Source of the DNA: an uncultured Bacteroidales bacterium
GTDB taxonomy: Bacteria > Bacteroidota > Bacteroidia > Bacteroidales > UBA10428
NCBI GenBank assembly: GCA_963705125.1
Contig: CAVPIY010000011.1
Span: 222,953-286,952, forward strand
DNA: 64,000 nucleotides
Reading direction: 5' to 3'
Part shown: one piece after another, positions 62,016-64,000 of the stretch
Numbering within the stretch: the first letter of the stretch is position 1
Layout: every line of letters begins with the position of its first letter
Made by a program: the position numbers and the translations under genes
Notes under the pieces: generated by a model
What the model saw: the letters and a program-made list of their open reading frames with translations, nothing else
What the model was told of the DNA's origin: nothing
Databases searched by the model: none

Positions 62016-63857
62016 CTACCTGCCTGACAGCAATTCAGCCAACTGCTTGCGGTATTGTTCAAAGTAATATCCGCGGCTCGACCAGCTGATATTGCTCCGG
62101 GTCTTTGCCTCCCACAGAGCAGCCGGTATGCAGTTATCAACAATAGCCTTGGCTTCATTTTCCAGCCCGGCCTGCCTCGCCAGCCACAAGTATTCATAAT
62201 CCTGTGCACCCCTGCGCCAGTTTTTTGCCCGTACGGAGGAAAGGGGACCGGAAAGACCCCGGTCTTCTTTCAGAAAAAGAGCATCCACTCCGGGGTAGAA
62301 AAAAGTGCCGTCCCCGTTCACCTCTCCTCCATAAGTCAACGGGTCGGTGAAAACATTCAGGTCATTCCAGAAGGTTGTAGACCAGTAGAAATACTGGTCA
62401 ATATCATATTTCCACACAATCCATGGCATTACCCTGAATTCAACAGCGTCGGCATCCGTGACAACTGCTCCCATTCCCGGACGGTACCCGTTATAAATCC
62501 CATATTGATGACCTTGTGCTTTTTCAGCCAGAACTTCATTTTCCGTGGCACTCACCGTCGCCTCCTGGCTTGAAACCGACCAGAAATCCACATAGCCTTT
62601 GATTACTGGTTTTATCTTGTTAGTTACCAGGCACGGTATGTTTCTGCCAATCCCCGGATTACTGTGCGTCCAGTCAGCCTGCATTTTGATGGTATCCATG
62701 GATCCCGTTCCCAATGCGCCTGCAGGTCCCTTCCAATCCGGTTCATCAGGAAAAAGGTATTTGTGCCTCGCTACTCCGGGTGCATTTTGAACAAACCAGT
62801 TTTCCCAGGCATCGGAACCGGCCCACCAGCTTTCCTCGGTTGCAGTATTTATGTTGCCGCCATATTCCGAAGGCAGATTCCCGCCATACCCGATTGAGAA
62901 TGTAGTATTGCCGGTATTCTCACCCGGACCGGCATAGCCATAGGAAGGTGCATATATTTCCCCGGTGTAGTATCTTTTGTAATAATCATCCATTTTATTA
63001 AGATTGGCAACATGGGTTACCAGATCAAACCGGTGACGGTGGGCCATCTGGAAGAACCTGGCTTCAATATTATAATAAGCTGTACTCCAGGAAGTAACAC
63101 CATACCGGTGAGCCAGTTCCCACGTATCATATCCGAACATACTGTAAATGTGAGTTGAATCAGGAAGAGTGAAGTCATAGACTTCAAGCGAAACAGGAAT
63201 GGTCACGAATACCGAGTCAGACACAGTCACCGTGGCATCTCCTGTATATGTTCCGGCTGAAGCGCCCCTGGGTATAAGAATATCTACCCACACACCCTGA
63301 TTCAGTCCTGCACCAATTGAAAACGGGGCGCCACCTTTCCCAAGTGGTGCAGTAAAGGGTATCAGGCAATCCGGGACCCAACCCGAGTAATAAGAGGAAG
63401 GTGTTGCACCGGGAGCAAAAAACCAGAGCGGCGGGGTACGGGAAGTGATATTCAGGTAATGCTCCGTGAAAAGCTCTATATACCTTCCTCTGTAGTCAAA
63501 GGGATCATAAGAACCTGTTTCTGATCCCGGAATGATTTCAGTGCCCTTTTTCAGATCACTGATGACCACATCCACTTGATCAGCCCCGGCTTTTTCGGCT
63601 TCGATGATCAGTTGAAAAGCGATGATTTCATTCCGGCCGCCAAAAACATGGATTTCATTATCCTTCCACATGGCATTGTTTATGTCCGAAGCAAGCGGAT
63701 TGCTGATATCGTCCCGCTTGATCTTTTCACCATCATCCAGGGCCCAGACACGCTTCAAACCTTTTAGGCGATTCCCTTCCGGATGTAAATCATCCTTTTT
63801 ACAGGCAGGTGCCAGAATTGTAATAAACAAAAGAAATGTTAATATTCTAACAAGCAT
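62016..63857 (-). CDS. DUF4091 domain lipoprotein (GH123-like)
   Basis: 613-aa ORF with lipobox 'LAPAC'. 'LEVYDFTLPDSTH', 'VMPWIVWKYDIDQYFYWSTTFW' and 'GAQDYEYLWLA' parallel 53721-55472. Confidence 0.55.
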   Translation of the reverse strand: MLVRILTFLLFITILAPACKKDDLHPEGNRLKGLKRVWALDDGEKIKRDDISNPLASDINNAMWKDNEIHVFGGRNEIIAFQLIIEAEKAGADQVDVVISDLKKGTEIIPGSETGSYDPFDYRGRYIELFTEHYLNITSRTPPLWFFAPGATPSSYYSGWVPDCLIPFTAPLGKGGAPFSIGAGLNQGVWVDILIPRGASAGTYTGDATVTVSDSVFVTIPVSLEVYDFTLPDSTHIYSMFGYDTWELAHRYGVTSWSTAYYNIEARFFQMAHRHRFDLVTHVANLNKMDDYYKRYYTGEIYAPSYGYAGPGENTGNTTFSIGYGGNLPSEYGGNINTATEESWWAGSDAWENWFVQNAPGVARHKYLFPDEPDWKGPAGALGTGSMDTIKMQADWTHSNPGIGRNIPCLVTNKIKPVIKGYVDFWSVSSQEATVSATENEVLAEKAQGHQYGIYNGYRPGMGAVVTDADAVEFRVMPWIVWKYDIDQYFYWSTTFWNDLNVFTDPLTYGGEVNGDGTFFYPGVDALFLKEDRGLSGPLSSVRAKNWRRGAQDYEYLWLARQAGLENEAKAIVDNCIPAALWEAKTRSNISWSSRGYYFEQYRKQLAELLSGR

Positions 63858-63869
63858 AATTTACGCAAA

Positions 63870-64000
63870 TCAAGTTTCTATAAGATTTTCCAGATATTTC
63901 GACGTTCTTTGGAGATATTCCTTACTATTGGTGCTTAATTCATTTTCAATAACAATACATCCTTTAAAACCAAATTCCTTCAGTTTTGATACGATCCCGG
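63870..64000 (-). CDS. 3' end of an unidentified CDS running off the window
   Basis: The open minus-strand frame gives '..GIVSKLKEFGFKGCIVIENELSTNSKEYLQRTSKYLENLIET*', with its stop 12 nt upstream of the next gene start. The 'GFKG.I.IE.E' ending is reminiscent of xylose-isomerase-like TIM-barrel proteins, but 42 residues are too few to call. Confidence 0.3.
   Translation of the reverse strand, partial: GIVSKLKEFGFKGCIVIENELSTNSKEYLQRTSKYLENLIET

Overview
This window reads as a Bacteroidota chromosomal accessory region devoted to glycan and amino-sugar catabolism. All functional calls come from motif recognition by eye; no searches or computations were run.

Gene content: 34 intact CDS, 1 partial CDS at the right edge, 1 frameshifted paralogue and 1 gene remnant. 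I recognised no rRNA, tRNA, CRISPR array, integrase, transposase or phage gene.

Recognisable genes include:
- one SusC/SusD pair (22590-27389);
- CAZyme-type genes: DUF2961/GH172-like, GH95-like, GH78, GH109-like, two DUF4091/GH123-like, DUF4874/4832-like;
- four Gfo/Idh/MocA oxidoreductases (two with twin-arginine signals) and a DUF1080 protein;
- two secreted carbon-nitrogen hydrolases and two URO-D-family proteins;
- a sugar-kinase-MurQ fusion and an HGSNAT/DUF5009-type membrane acetyltransferase;
- two large FG-GAP/ASPIC-UnbV paralogues (one frameshifted);
- about ten secreted proteins I cannot place.

Almost every operon boundary carries short palindromic or tandem repeats from at least seven families.

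Most interesting observations:
1. A DUF559 endonuclease gene is exactly bracketed by inverted copies of a hairpin repeat (7532-8056). A decayed second copy (29726-30325) and two gene-less inverted-pair derivatives (34273-34348, 60275-60351) also occur. Together these suggest an undescribed selfish element / REP-like system. This is a hypothesis.
2. A 17.4-kb co-directional block (42830-60228) has at its core three tandem ~890-900-aa secreted paralogues of no family I recognise. They sit next to DUF4091, an HGSNAT-like acetyltransferase and a TAT-exported C-N hydrolase. This is a candidate uncharacterised amino-sugar glycan degradation system.
3. A fused sugar kinase-MurNAc-6-P etherase.
4. Two hairpin-rich non-coding elements bounded by inverted repeats, and 9-bp tandem arrays directly upstream of two periplasmic enzyme genes.
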